Part shown: in pieces, positions 38,539-48,490 of the stretch
Numbering within the stretch: the first letter of the stretch is position 1
Layout of the letters: every line of letters starts with the position of its first letter
DNA from: an uncultured Clostridium sp.
GTDB lineage: Bacteria; Bacillota; Clostridia; TANB77; CAG-508
Assembly: GCA_947087745.1 (NCBI GenBank)
Contig: CAMUDX010000001.1
Location: 33,808-97,807 of the forward strand
DNA: 64,000 bases
Direction of reading: 5' to 3'
Notes under the pieces: generated by a model
Told to the model about the DNA's origin: nothing
The model's database searches: none
Seen by the model: only the letters and a program-made list of their open reading frames with translations
Position numbers and translations under genes: made by a program

Positions 38539-40200
38539 TTAGAATAGTCCTACTATATCACCATTTTCATCAATATTAATACTTTCAGCTGCTGGTACTC
38601 TTGGTAATCCTGGCATTGTCATTATTTTCCCTGCTATTATTACAATAAATCCTGCTCCAGCCTTTAATTTTATTTCTCTTACATATATTTTAAATGGTTT
38701 ATCAACATTTAAATTTTTAGGGTCATCTGAAAATGATAATGGTGTCTTTGCAAAACAAATAGGTAATTTATTATATCCTAATCTTTCTATATTTTTTAAA
38801 TCTTCTTGTGCTTCTTCTGATAATTCAATTTCTTTTGCTCCATATATGTTATAAGCAATTTTTTCTATTTTTGTTTTTATATTATCTTCTAATTCATATG
38901 CGTATTTAAAATCTTGTGTTTCTTCTACTAATTTGATTAGTTTATTTGATATATCTACTGCACCTTCTGAGCCTTTTTTCCAACTTTCTACTAAACTTAA
39001 TTGTACATTTTTTTCTTCTAAAATTTCTCTAACTGTTTGTATTTCTTCATTTGTATCAGTATAAAATTTATTTAATGCTACTATTACATTTAGTCTAAAT
39101 TTATCTTTTAGGTTGTCTATATGTCTTAGTAAATTTTTCATTCCTAATTTTAATGCTTGTATATTTGGCTCTAATATTTTATCTTTTTCAATTCCTCCAT
39201 GAAATTTTAATGCTTTAATTGTTGCTACACATACTACTGCATCTGGTTGTATTTGTGCCTTTCTACATTTTATATCAAGGAATTTTTCTGCTCCTAAATC
39301 TGCTCCAAATCCTGCCTCTGTTATAGTATAGTCTGCTAATTTCATTCCTAATTTTGTGGCTCTTATACTATTGCATCCATGTGCTATGTTTGCAAATGGT
39401 CCTCCATGTATTATGCAAGGTGTATGCTCTAGAGTTTGTACTAAATTAGGATTTATTGCATCTTTTAATAGTACTGCCATGCTTCCTTCTACTTTTAAAT
39501 CTCTGGCATATACTGGTTGTCCTTGTTTATTATATCCAATTATTATATTTCCTAATTTTTGTTTTAAATCTTCTATGTCTTCAGATAAGCACAATATTGC
39601 CATTATTTCTGATGCTACTGTAATATCAAACCCATCTGTTCTTGGTACTATATTTTTTTCTGCTGATAAACCTGTTTCTACTGTTCTTAATTGTCTATCA
39701 TTTAAGTCTACACATCTTTTCCATGTTACTTTTTCTATTTGTAATTCGTTTCCGTAGTAAATGTGATTATCTATTACTGCAGATAATAGGTTATTTGCTG
39801 ATGTTATTGCATGTATGTCTCCTGTAAAGTGTAAATTTATATCTTCCATTGGTGCAACTTGTGCTCTTCCTCCACCTGTTGCTCCTCCTTTTAAGCCAAA
39901 TACTGGTCCTAGTGATGGCTCTCTTAATGCTAATATTGCGTTTTTTCCTAATCTTGTTAATCCATCTGCTATTGCTATTGATATTGTAGTCTTTCCTTCT
40001 CCTAATGGTGTTGGACTCATTGCAGTTACTAATATCAGTTTTCCATTTTTGTTGTTTTTAACTCTTTTTATTTCTTCTTCTGATATTTTTGCTTTATATT
40101 TTCCGTATGGCTCTAAATGCTCTTTACTTATTCCTGCTTTTTCAGCTATTTCTTCTATTCTTTTTAATTTTACACTTCTGGCTATTTCTATATCTCCCAT
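38539..40200 (-). CDS. fhs: Formate--tetrahydrofolate ligase
   Basis: SPTPLGEGKTT motif. Start set at ATG 40200 (MGDIEIARS; AGGAGG 6 nt upstream). Confidence 0.93.
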   Translation of the reverse strand: MGDIEIARSVKLKRIEEIAEKAGISKEHLEPYGKYKAKISEEEIKRVKNNKNGKLILVTAMSPTPLGEGKTTISIAIADGLTRLGKNAILALREPSLGPVFGLKGGATGGGRAQVAPMEDINLHFTGDIHAITSANNLLSAVIDNHIYYGNELQIEKVTWKRCVDLNDRQLRTVETGLSAEKNIVPRTDGFDITVASEIMAILCLSEDIEDLKQKLGNIIIGYNKQGQPVYARDLKVEGSMAVLLKDAINPNLVQTLEHTPCIIHGGPFANIAHGCNSIRATKLGMKLADYTITEAGFGADLGAEKFLDIKCRKAQIQPDAVVCVATIKALKFHGGIEKDKILEPNIQALKLGMKNLLRHIDNLKDKFRLNVIVALNKFYTDTNEEIQTVREILEEKNVQLSLVESWKKGSEGAVDISNKLIKLVEETQDFKYAYELEDNIKTKIEKIAYNIYGAKEIELSEEAQEDLKNIERLGYNKLPICFAKTPLSFSDDPKNLNVDKPFKIYVREIKLKAGAGFIVIIAGKIMTMPGLPRVPAAESINIDENGDIVGLF

Positions 40201-40219
40201 AACTAACCTCCTATAATTA

Positions 40220-40660
40220 TTATGCAATTATTCCAACTATTAAACCTATTGTTGCTCCTGCAAATACTTGTATTGGTGTATGTCCTAATACCTCGACTAG
40301 CTTTTCTTGTACTTGTAATGTTGATAACCCTGGTGTTTGAACTATTTTATTTAGTAAAGTAGCTTGTTTTCCTGCTGCTCTTCGTACACCTGCTGCATCA
40401 TACATAACTACAAATGCAAAAATTAGTGATAATGCAAAAATTGAAGTTTGTACTCCTTCATATTTTCCTATTAATGTTGTTAGTGAAACAACTATTGCTG
40501 AATGAGAGCTTGGCATTCCTCCAGCTCCCATTATTCTTTTGAAATTAAATTTCTTTGTTTTTATTAATTCCCATATTACTTTAAATGTCTGTACACACGC
40601 CCATAAAATAATTGGAACATATATATACTTATTAGTTATAATTAATAAAAATGTGTTCAT
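40220..40660 (-). CDS. Divergent PAP2 family membrane protein
   Basis: GGMPSSHSA motif and four TM helices. Confidence 0.8.
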   Translation of the reverse strand: MNTFLLIITNKYIYVPIILWACVQTFKVIWELIKTKKFNFKRIMGAGGMPSSHSAIVVSLTTLIGKYEGVQTSIFALSLIFAFVVMYDAAGVRRAAGKQATLLNKIVQTPGLSTLQVQEKLVEVLGHTPIQVFAGATIGLIVGIIA

Positions 40661-40710
40661 AACTACCCCTCATAATTCATATTAAGATATGTTCAATTTT
40701 CATTATAACA

Positions 40711-40935
40711 TTATGCTGAAAAATTCTCTTCTTCAATATTTCCTTCTTTTTGAAGTAAAATTGTTATTCTCTTTTCAGCAGACTCTAATATGTTATTGCA
40801 TTCCTTAGAAATTTTCATTCCCTTTTCAAATTCTTTTACCGAGTCATCTAGGTTTAGGTCTCCTTTTTCTAATTTTGCTACTATTTTCTCTAATTCTTCC
40901 ATTGATTTTTCAAAATCTACTTTTTTTTCGCTCAT
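40711..40935 (-). CDS. xseB: Exodeoxyribonuclease VII small subunit
   Basis: 74 aa. FEKSMEELEKIVAKLEKGDLNLDDSV is typical of XseB. Confidence 0.88.
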   Translation of the reverse strand: MSEKKVDFEKSMEELEKIVAKLEKGDLNLDDSVKEFEKGMKISKECNNILESAEKRITILLQKEGNIEEENFSA

Positions 40936-40956
40936 TTTCTATTCCTCTCATTATTC

Positions 40957-41454
40957 TTAGTATTCTGTTACTTCCCATGTTTCTGTGTTTACAATATACC
41001 ATCCGATTGTTACTGCATCTTCTGTTATTTTTACCATTAATTGATTTGATGGTAGACTCGCATTATAGTCTATTGCATATTTTGCATTCTTGCTTTCTCC
41101 TATTTTTTCTTTTACTTTTTGGATTGCTTTATCTTCTATATTATTTTTATTTTCATTTTCTTTTAATTCTTCTTGAGTAGTATTTTCTTCTTTTTGTATA
41201 TTATCGTTATTTTGATTTTGTTGTTGGTTATTTTTATCATCTACCTCTGGTTTTGCTTCATTTTTATCTTCATTATCATTATTATTTGCTTCTTCATTTT
41301 CTTTATTATTGTTGTCTGTCATTGTTGTATCATTTTCCTTTGGAGTATTTGCTTCTATTGTCTTATTTTTTATACTATATGCTACACATATCCCGATTAT
41401 TATTACTATAATAATCGCTAACACTAATATAGCTATTTTTTTCTTATTTTTCAT
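40957..41454 (-). CDS. Hypothetical membrane-anchored protein with an N/E/K-rich low-complexity linker
   Basis: N-terminal TM helix, about 80 aa of low complexity, and a small C-terminal globular part. Sits between xseA and xseB. Confidence 0.5.
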   Translation of the reverse strand: MKNKKKIAILVLAIIIVIIIGICVAYSIKNKTIEANTPKENDTTMTDNNNKENEEANNNDNEDKNEAKPEVDDKNNQQQNQNNDNIQKEENTTQEELKENENKNNIEDKAIQKVKEKIGESKNAKYAIDYNASLPSNQLMVKITEDAVTIGWYIVNTETWEVTEY

Positions 41455-41533
41455 ATGTTATATCTCCTTTGTATTTTGTTTAACTCTATTATATGTTTTA
41501 AACTTAAATCTTCTTGATTTCTTAATAAGTATT

Positions 41534-42724
41534 TTATAAAACTTTTGCTTTTTTATTCCCATCATAAAATTTTAATTCTATTTCTTCATCTTTTTTTGTT
41601 TCTTTTATACTTTTTATGATTTTTCCATCTTTCTCAGCTAGACAATATCCTCTTGTTAGAGTTTTTAGAGGACTTAAACTATCTAATTTTGTTGTTAATT
41701 CTATAAACTTAGATTTTGCTTCAAATTCTTTTTTGTTTACTATGTTTTCCATTGTTTTTATTAAACTATCTATTTTTAAGTAATTGTCGTTTATTATTCT
41801 TGTAGGCTCTTTAAATGCCCTTGACTGCATACATTTGCTATATCTCATTTTCATTAATTCTATTTTTCTTATTAATGAATTTTTAAATCTAACTTGATAT
41901 GTGTTTATTGTATTTTTTAATTCTGATATATCAGGTACTGCTAATTCTGCAGCTGCTGATGGGGTTGGGGCTCTTAAGTCTGCTACAAAATCTGATATAC
42001 TAAAGTCTGTTTCATGTCCTACAGCTGATATTATTGGTATTTCTGAATTGTATATCGCTCTTGCAACTTCTTCTTCATTAAATGACCATAAATCCTCTAA
42101 TGAGCCTCCTCCTCTTGCTAAAATTATTACATCTACTAATTTGTTTTTGTTCATTGTTTCAATTGCTTCTGATATTTTTTCACTTGCACCTAGTCCTTGT
42201 ACTGGTACTGGTAATAATTTTATGTGTACATTTGGATTTCTTCTTGTTGAAACATTTATTATATCTCTTATTACTGCTCCTGTTTGTGAAGTTAATACTC
42301 CTATTTCTTTAGGATACATTGGGATTTTCTTTTTGTGTGCTTCACTAAATAAGCCTTCTTTTTCTAATTTGCTTTTTAGTTCTTCATATGCTTTATATAA
42401 ACTTCCTAATCCATCTTCTTGCATCGCTTGCACATATATTTGGTATACTCCATCTCTTTCATATACTGAAACACTACCAAAAACCATTACACTCATTCCA
42501 TCTTTTGGTGTAAAGTCTAATCTTTCAGCATAGCCTTTAAACATTATACATTTTATTAAGGATTTTTCATCCTTTAATGTAAAATAAAGATGTCCTGTTG
42601 CGTAATGGTTTTTGAAATTTGATATTTCTCCTTTTACTAATACACTTTGTAATGCTTCATCTTCTGAGATTTTTCCTTTTATATATGCATTTAGCTCTGA
42701 TACAGATATTGCTTGGTATTTCAT
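41534..42724 (-). CDS. xseA: Exodeoxyribonuclease VII large subunit
   Basis: N-terminal OB fold (GEISNFKNHYATGHLYFTLKD) and catalytic core. Confidence 0.9.
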   Translation of the reverse strand: MKYQAISVSELNAYIKGKISEDEALQSVLVKGEISNFKNHYATGHLYFTLKDEKSLIKCIMFKGYAERLDFTPKDGMSVMVFGSVSVYERDGVYQIYVQAMQEDGLGSLYKAYEELKSKLEKEGLFSEAHKKKIPMYPKEIGVLTSQTGAVIRDIINVSTRRNPNVHIKLLPVPVQGLGASEKISEAIETMNKNKLVDVIILARGGGSLEDLWSFNEEEVARAIYNSEIPIISAVGHETDFSISDFVADLRAPTPSAAAELAVPDISELKNTINTYQVRFKNSLIRKIELMKMRYSKCMQSRAFKEPTRIINDNYLKIDSLIKTMENIVNKKEFEAKSKFIELTTKLDSLSPLKTLTRGYCLAEKDGKIIKSIKETKKDEEIELKFYDGNKKAKVL

Positions 42725-42729
42725 ATATT

Positions 42730-43134
42730 TTATCCTTCTTTTACTATACTTGCTAACATTCCATTAACAAAGTTCTTTGATTGTTCTTCTCCATATTTTT
42801 TTGATAGTTCTACTGCTTCATTTATTATGATTTTATATGGTATTTCTTTATATTTTATTTCATAGATTGCTAATTTTAATAGACTTAAATCTACTTTTGA
42901 TATTCTTTCTAGCTTCCAATCAGCTTTTAGATTTTTTTCTATCTTCTTTTCAATTTCCTCTTTGTTTTCTTTTATTCCTTTTACTACATCTTTTATATAT
43001 TCTATAGCATTTTCGTTTGTTATTTCATTTGATTCTAAATATAATTCTATTTGTTCATCTATGTCTTCATCTTTTTGTATTTCTTGACTATATATTAACT
43101 TAAATGCTAATTCTCTAATTGCTGACCTATTCAT
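42730..43134 (-). CDS. nusB: Transcription antitermination factor NusB
   Basis: R.AIRELAFKLIY N-terminus, 134 aa, conserved position after the asp23 block. Confidence 0.88.
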   Translation of the reverse strand: MNRSAIRELAFKLIYSQEIQKDEDIDEQIELYLESNEITNENAIEYIKDVVKGIKENKEEIEKKIEKNLKADWKLERISKVDLSLLKLAIYEIKYKEIPYKIIINEAVELSKKYGEEQSKNFVNGMLASIVKEG

Positions 43135-43174
43135 AATCTTTCCTTCCTATGATTTCATTCTGGTATTTATTTTC

Positions 43175-43369
43175 TTACATTTTATCTACTAGCTTCTTTA
43201 TTCTATCTTTTACTTCATCTTTGTTTTGTTGTACATAATTTCCTACAAATGCTCCTACTATTATTAATACTAATCCTAAAATCAGATTGTATAGTCTTGT
43301 GCATAATATTAGTATTGATACAAGCACTCCTATTATAGCTCCTTTATATTGTCTCCAAAATTCTCCCAT
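43175..43369 (-). CDS. DUF2273 small membrane protein
   Basis: 64 aa with two TM helices. Canonical position after amaP. Confidence 0.7.
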   Translation of the reverse strand: MGEFWRQYKGAIIGVLVSILILCTRLYNLILGLVLIIVGAFVGNYVQQNKDEVKDRIKKLVDKM

Positions 43370-43443
43370 CTTTTAATCCTTTCTAATGTTATTTAAACAT
43401 TATTAATAGCACTGTTTCTACTGTTTTGTTTTTTAGTTTTGCT

Positions 43444-43989
43444 CTATTGTTTGTTTTCATTTTTTGCTACATAACTTTTTACTTTTATATTTACTTCTTT
43501 TACATCTAAATCTAATGCTGTTTTTATTGTGTCTTTTATTTTGTTTTGTAGATTTACTGATAATTCTTTTATTATTATATTTTGCCCCACTACTAAATTT
43601 ACTGTTATTATTAAATTATTTTCTTTGTCTATTGTTGTTTTGGTATTTATTTGTTCTATACTTTCAAATTCTTTTATTACAGAATTTGTTAAGTTTTCTA
43701 TTGCTTCTTTTGATATCAATAATTTTCCGCTTTCATTTTTTAATAGTATTCCTTGTTTGTCTTTTTCTGACTTTTTGTCTCTGCTATCGAAAAATATGCA
43801 TCTTATTGATAGTAATATTAATACTATATTTATTACCAGTATAGCTATGTCTGCCTGTATCATATTTTCTATTATATTTTGTATAAAACTTGCATCTAAT
43901 AATCCTAATATAATTAAGCTTAATATTGTTGCTAATATTAGAATTATATATGAATATATTACTAATGCTATTCTTTCTATTATTTTCAT
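43444..43989 (-). CDS. amaP: Alkaline shock response membrane anchor protein AmaP
   Basis: Two N-terminal TM helices and a position after asp23. Start set at ATG 43989 (AAAGGAAG SD). Confidence 0.7.
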   Translation of the reverse strand: MKIIERIALVIYSYIILILATILSLIILGLLDASFIQNIIENMIQADIAILVINIVLILLSIRCIFFDSRDKKSEKDKQGILLKNESGKLLISKEAIENLTNSVIKEFESIEQINTKTTIDKENNLIITVNLVVGQNIIIKELSVNLQNKIKDTIKTALDLDVKEVNIKVKSYVAKNENKQ

Positions 43990-44048
43990 TATTTCTTCCT
44001 TTCTTTTTGCTGTTTTGTGCATATTGCATTTGTAGTAAAAAGCTCTTT

Positions 44049-44480
44049 TTATTCATTAATCTTTTTGTCTTCTACTTCTTTGTTATCTGTATCTATATTC
44101 ACTCCTTGTACATGTACATTTACTTCTGATACTTTTAGCCCTGCCATACTTTCAACTGCCTTTTTTACTCTATTTTGTATCTCAAATGCTACATCTGGTA
44201 TCCTTGCTCCATATTCTACTATTATGTTCACATCTATTTTAGCTTGGTTATTTATTGTTTCTACTTTTATTCCTTTTGCTAAATTCTTTTTACCACTTAA
44301 TACTTCTCCTATTCCTCCACCAAATTTTCCTTGCATCCCTGATACTCCATTTACTTCTGATACTGCAACTCCTGCTATTACTGCAATTACCTCATCTGAT
44401 ATTTTTATTCCTGAATTTTCCCCTATTGTTTCTTCTTTTACTTCTACCTCTTTTATTTCTTGATTTTGATTTTCTTCCAT
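44049..44480 (-). CDS. Asp23/Gls24 family envelope stress protein
   Basis: ISDEVIAVIAGVAVSEVNGV motif. Start set at ATG 44480. Confidence 0.85.
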   Translation of the reverse strand: MEENQNQEIKEVEVKEETIGENSGIKISDEVIAVIAGVAVSEVNGVSGMQGKFGGGIGEVLSGKKNLAKGIKVETINNQAKIDVNIIVEYGARIPDVAFEIQNRVKKAVESMAGLKVSEVNVHVQGVNIDTDNKEVEDKKINE

Positions 44481-44591
44481 TTTTATCATCCTTTCTTTTC
44501 TAGACAAATCTTGTCCTTATTTTTTTGTTTGTAAATATACTTTTAAGCTCTTTTATTTATTTGCCACTAGTATATCAATTTTTTATTATTT

Positions 44592-45584
44592 TTACAACTG
44601 TTTTTTTAATATTTTACCAACTTCTATTTTATTGCCTCTTAAATAGTCTTCTATAGGCATTTTCTTTGAGTTTTCTCCTTGTATTTCTAATACTTTTATT
44701 ATTCCCTCTTTTGTTTTTATATATAATCCTTTTTTGCTGTCTGATACTATAATTGTTCCATTTTCTTTGTCTTGTATTTTTTCTATTTCTACTAGTTCTT
44801 TTAATTCATAATTTTCTGCTACTTTTACTTTCCACAATTTTATTTTCTTTTCTTCTAAATATGTGTAGGCTCCCATTATTGGGTTTAGCCCTCTTACTTG
44901 GTTTTTAATTTGTTCTGCTGTTTTGTTTTCCCAATCTATTATTCCATCCGCTTCTTTGTCTAACATTGGTGCCATTGTAAATTCTTCTCCTTGTGGTGTC
45001 CTTGGTGCTGTTTCTTTTTCAATTTGTTCTAATGTTTCTACTAATAATTTTGCACCTATCTTTGATAGTCTTTCCCATAATTCTCCTGTTGTTTCATCTT
45101 CTTTTATTTGTTCTTCTTGCTTTAATATCATATCTCCTGTATCCATTCCTACGTCCATATACATTGTTGTTATCCCTGTTACTTTTTCTCCATTTATTAT
45201 TGCTCTTTGTATTGGTGCTGCTCCTCTGTATTTTGGTAATAATGATCCATGTACATTTATACATCCTTTTGGTGGAATGTCTAATATTTCTTTTGGTAAT
45301 ATTTTTCCATATGCAACTACACATATTACTTCAGGCTTTAGTTCTTTTATTTCGTTTATGATTTCTTCATTGTTTCTTATTTTTTGTGGTTGGTATATTT
45401 TCAAGTTATGTTCTTGTGCATATTCTTTTACTGGTGTTATTGATATTTTCATTCCTCTTCCACTTGGTTTGTCTTGGTTTGTTATTACTGCTAATATTTC
45501 ATGCCCCGCTTTATATATTGCTTGTAATGATTCTTTTGCAAAGTCTGGTGTTCCCATAAATACAATCTTCATTTTATTAATCAC
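44592..45584 (-). CDS. fmt: Methionyl-tRNA formyltransferase
   Basis: FMGTPDFA and HGSLLPKYRGAAPIQ motifs. Start is ambiguous between GTG 45584 and ATG 45572. Confidence 0.92.
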   Translation of the reverse strand: MINKMKIVFMGTPDFAKESLQAIYKAGHEILAVITNQDKPSGRGMKISITPVKEYAQEHNLKIYQPQKIRNNEEIINEIKELKPEVICVVAYGKILPKEILDIPPKGCINVHGSLLPKYRGAAPIQRAIINGEKVTGITTMYMDVGMDTGDMILKQEEQIKEDETTGELWERLSKIGAKLLVETLEQIEKETAPRTPQGEEFTMAPMLDKEADGIIDWENKTAEQIKNQVRGLNPIMGAYTYLEEKKIKLWKVKVAENYELKELVEIEKIQDKENGTIIVSDSKKGLYIKTKEGIIKVLEIQGENSKKMPIEDYLRGNKIEVGKILKKQL

Positions 45585-45672
45585 ATTCCCTTCGTTATTC
45601 TGTATTGTTCTTATTTTATATTGCTTTATATTTCCGCTCTTTAATTATCATTTTGCATATTTCTATTTTTTA

Positions 45673-46515
45673 TCATTTTATATTATCTGATATGTCTGCA
45701 AATTGTTGTAATGTTAATTCTTCTGCTCTTATTTTTTTGTTTATGTTTAATTTCTCAAATATATGATTTGCTTCTTCTTTACTTTTTATTGTATTTGTAT
45801 TAGTTAATGCATTTATTAGAGTTTTTCTTCTTTGCATAAAAGCATTTTTTATTACTTTAAACATTTTTTCTTTGTCTTTTACTTTTATTGGCGATTCTTT
45901 TCTTAAATGTAATTTGATTACTTCTGATGTTACTTCTGGCTCAGGTATGAATGAGTAGTTTGGTACTTCTAATATCTTTTCCGAATTGCAATAGTAATAT
46001 ACTGAATATGTTATTGCTCCTGTTTCTTTTTTTCCTGGCTCTGCTATTAATCTTTCTGCTACTTCTTTTTGTATCATTACTGTTATACTCTCTATTTCTA
46101 ACTTGTCTTCTAATAGCTTCATTATTATTGGTGTTGTTATATAGTATGGTAAATTTGCTACTATTTTACAAGTTTTGTTTTCTCTTTTTATGATTTCTTG
46201 TAAGTTTACTTTTAATATATCTTCATTTATTATTTCAAAGTTTTTATATAGTGCAAATCTATCTTCTAGTATTTTTATCATTTTTGTGTCTAATTCAATG
46301 CATATTACTTTTCCTGCTTTTTCTAATAGTTGCTTTGTAAGTGTTCCTAAACCTGGTCCAATTTCTATAACTAAGTCATCTTCTTTTATATCTGCACTTT
46401 CTACTATTTTCTCTACTACTTCTTCACTTATTAGAAAGTTTTGTCCTAGGCTTTTGTTTGCTTTTATATCATATTTTTTCATTATATATTTTGTTTCTTC
46501 TAATATATTTAACAT
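45673..46515 (-). CDS. rsmA: 16S rRNA (adenine1518/1519-N6)-dimethyltransferase
   Basis: LGQNFL and EIGPGLG motifs. Start set at ATG 46515 (AGAGGA SD). The track start at 46551 lies inside a tandem duplication. Confidence 0.9.
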   Translation of the reverse strand: MLNILEETKYIMKKYDIKANKSLGQNFLISEEVVEKIVESADIKEDDLVIEIGPGLGTLTKQLLEKAGKVICIELDTKMIKILEDRFALYKNFEIINEDILKVNLQEIIKRENKTCKIVANLPYYITTPIIMKLLEDKLEIESITVMIQKEVAERLIAEPGKKETGAITYSVYYYCNSEKILEVPNYSFIPEPEVTSEVIKLHLRKESPIKVKDKEKMFKVIKNAFMQRRKTLINALTNTNTIKSKEEANHIFEKLNINKKIRAEELTLQQFADISDNIK

Positions 46516-46532
46516 TTTTTCCTCTTTTCTTC

Positions 46533-46624
46533 TAAATTCTTGCTTTAACATGGCTATTTTACCAAATTAACAACTAAATAAATTCTTGCTTTAACATGGC
46601 TATTTTACCAAATTAACAACTAAA
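46533..46624. repeat. Perfect 46-bp tandem duplication (two copies)
   Basis: taaattcttgctttaacatggctattttaccaaattaacaactaaa at 46533-46578 is repeated exactly at 46579-46624. Confidence 0.95.
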
Positions 46625-46661
46625 TATCAAGTTTTTAAATTTTTGTGTATATTGTCTATAT

Positions 46662-47015
46662 TTACATTATTTGTTTTATATGATTTACTGCATATTCTTT
46701 TTTATTTAAATATATTTCTATAACATCAAATCTTATTGGTATTTTTGTTATCTTTTTTGTATATAAATAGTATCTTGCTATATTTTGCAAATGTTCTCTT
46801 TTTATATAGTTTACTGCTTCTGCTGGTCTTCCAAAATTTATTGTTGTTCTTGTTTTTACCTCTATAAACACTATTTCTTCATTGTCTTTTGCAATTATGT
46901 CCATTTCTCCTTGCCTACATCTATAGTTTCTTTCTAAAATTATGTATTCTTTCTTTTCTAAATATTTGACTGCAAGTCTTTCTCCTAACATTCCTATTTC
47001 TTGATTTCTATTCAT
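46662..47015 (-). CDS. YraN family (UPF0102) endonuclease-like protein
   Basis: GERLAVKYLEKKEYIILERNYRCRQGEMDIIA...FIEVKTR motif set. Confidence 0.85.
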   Translation of the reverse strand: MNRNQEIGMLGERLAVKYLEKKEYIILERNYRCRQGEMDIIAKDNEEIVFIEVKTRTTINFGRPAEAVNYIKREHLQNIARYYLYTKKITKIPIRFDVIEIYLNKKEYAVNHIKQIM

Positions 47016-47047
47016 TTATTACCTTCTTTCTGTTTTTATATATTTTT

Positions 47048-48358
47048 CTATTCTTTTATTTTAAATCTTTTTCCTGGTAAACTTTCAATTGCATTTTCTA
47101 TTTCTAACATAGTTAGCTTATATGTTACTTCTTTGATATCATTATTGGTCTTTCTTACTATTTCATCTATAGTTTGTGCACCTTCTAATATTGCATTATA
47201 TATTTCTAAATTTTCTTCACTTATATTCTTTTCATCTATATGGATATGGTTGTTTTCTTCTTTTGTTTTGTTGTTCTTTTCACTATTTATATTTAAAAAT
47301 TCATAGTTTTCCTTCTTTTTTAGTTTTAATTCTGGATATTCTTCTATTATATCTTCTACTGTTGTTACTAATTTAGCTCTTTTATCCCTTATCATTTCAT
47401 TGTTTCCAATACCTTTTGTGTTTTCTAAACTACTTGGTATGCAAAATGATTTTTTATTTTGTTCTTCTGTATTTCTTACAGTTATACTTGTCCCACTTTT
47501 TCTGTGTGATTCTATTACTAATGTTCCTATTGATAATCCTGCTACTATTCTATTTCTTTCTCTAAAGTGGTCTGATGTCTCTTTCTCATCAAGCTCATAT
47601 TCACTTACTATTAATCCGTCTTCTTCAAGTATTTTCTTATACAGTATTTCATTGTTTCTTGGATAAATATATTTTAATCCACATGGTAGTACAGCTATTG
47701 TTTTTCCTTTTGCCTCAATGCAATTTTTATGTACTGCTGTATCCATTCCTGTTGCTAATCCACTTATTATATTTAAGTTGTATCCCACTAAATTGTTTAC
47801 AAATATTTTGCACATTTTTCTTCCATAATTTGATGTTGTTCTTGAACCTATAACTGCTATTCCATTTTGTTTTAGTAATTTCTCATTTCCTTTTATATAT
47901 AATTGATGTGGTGGATTTTTAATTTTTCTTAAACTTTCAGGATATTCTTCGTCTTCTATTGTTATTTTCTTTATTTCTTCTATTCTTTGATTTTGTTTTA
48001 TTTTGCATAATTCTTGTTGCAATATTTCTAAAAGTCCTTTTTCTTTATTATTTAATATTTCTTCTTGTAATTTTTGGCATATTTCACTTTTGCCTAAGAA
48101 ACATAATCTTTGTGCAGTATTTAATGTTATATAATATTTACTTATTTTTCGCTTAAGATTGTCTCCATATTGTTCATTTGTTTCTATTTTATAGTAGTCT
48201 ATTTCTTCTATTAAATTTAATGTCTTATTTCTTAGTAAATCACTAAATTTTGTTCTCGATTCTATAAAATTCTGAAATTGATTTGCTTCTAATAATTCTT
48301 GTCTTTTTAAATTCTTGTAAATTTCTATTGTATCATTTTTAATCATTTTTAACTTCAT
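47048..48358 (-). CDS. dprA: DNA-processing protein DprA, with a long N-terminal region
   Basis: GSRTTSNYG Rossmann-like core and C-terminal winged helix. Start set at ATG 48358 because the track start at 48430 lies inside the hairpin repeat. Confidence 0.85.
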   Translation of the reverse strand: MKLKMIKNDTIEIYKNLKRQELLEANQFQNFIESRTKFSDLLRNKTLNLIEEIDYYKIETNEQYGDNLKRKISKYYITLNTAQRLCFLGKSEICQKLQEEILNNKEKGLLEILQQELCKIKQNQRIEEIKKITIEDEEYPESLRKIKNPPHQLYIKGNEKLLKQNGIAVIGSRTTSNYGRKMCKIFVNNLVGYNLNIISGLATGMDTAVHKNCIEAKGKTIAVLPCGLKYIYPRNNEILYKKILEEDGLIVSEYELDEKETSDHFRERNRIVAGLSIGTLVIESHRKSGTSITVRNTEEQNKKSFCIPSSLENTKGIGNNEMIRDKRAKLVTTVEDIIEEYPELKLKKKENYEFLNINSEKNNKTKEENNHIHIDEKNISEENLEIYNAILEGAQTIDEIVRKTNNDIKEVTYKLTMLEIENAIESLPGKRFKIKE

Positions 48359-48377
48359 ATTAATTCCTTCTTTATTT

Positions 48378-48450
48378 ATATATTTTTTACAATTTAGCTT
48401 TTTTCCTAGTGAGCGGTAATTCCCGCTCACTGCAAAATCAGCTCTTTTTA
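48378..48450. repeat. Hairpin repeat copy (core agtgagcggtaattcccgctcact, 48408-48431)
   Basis: Same family as 2203-2278. One G-to-T mismatch in the stem relative to the neighbouring copy. Confidence 0.85.
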
Positions 48451-48490
48451 TTTTTCAATATATTCTTTCTTTATAACTTCTTATACTTTT

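Noticed and set aside
43784-44056. 90-aa minus-strand ORF overlapping amaP in another frame
   Set aside because: It lies entirely within the better-supported amaP and asp23 coding or intergenic context, has an N/K/I/R-rich junk-like composition, and has no SD.
44923-45690. 255-aa plus-strand ORF antisense to fmt, and similar ORFs at 19544-20233, 26461-27108 and 27115-27765
   Set aside because: These are the same purine-skew artefact. They give L/F/S-rich low-complexity translations and lie wholly inside well-supported minus-strand genes.
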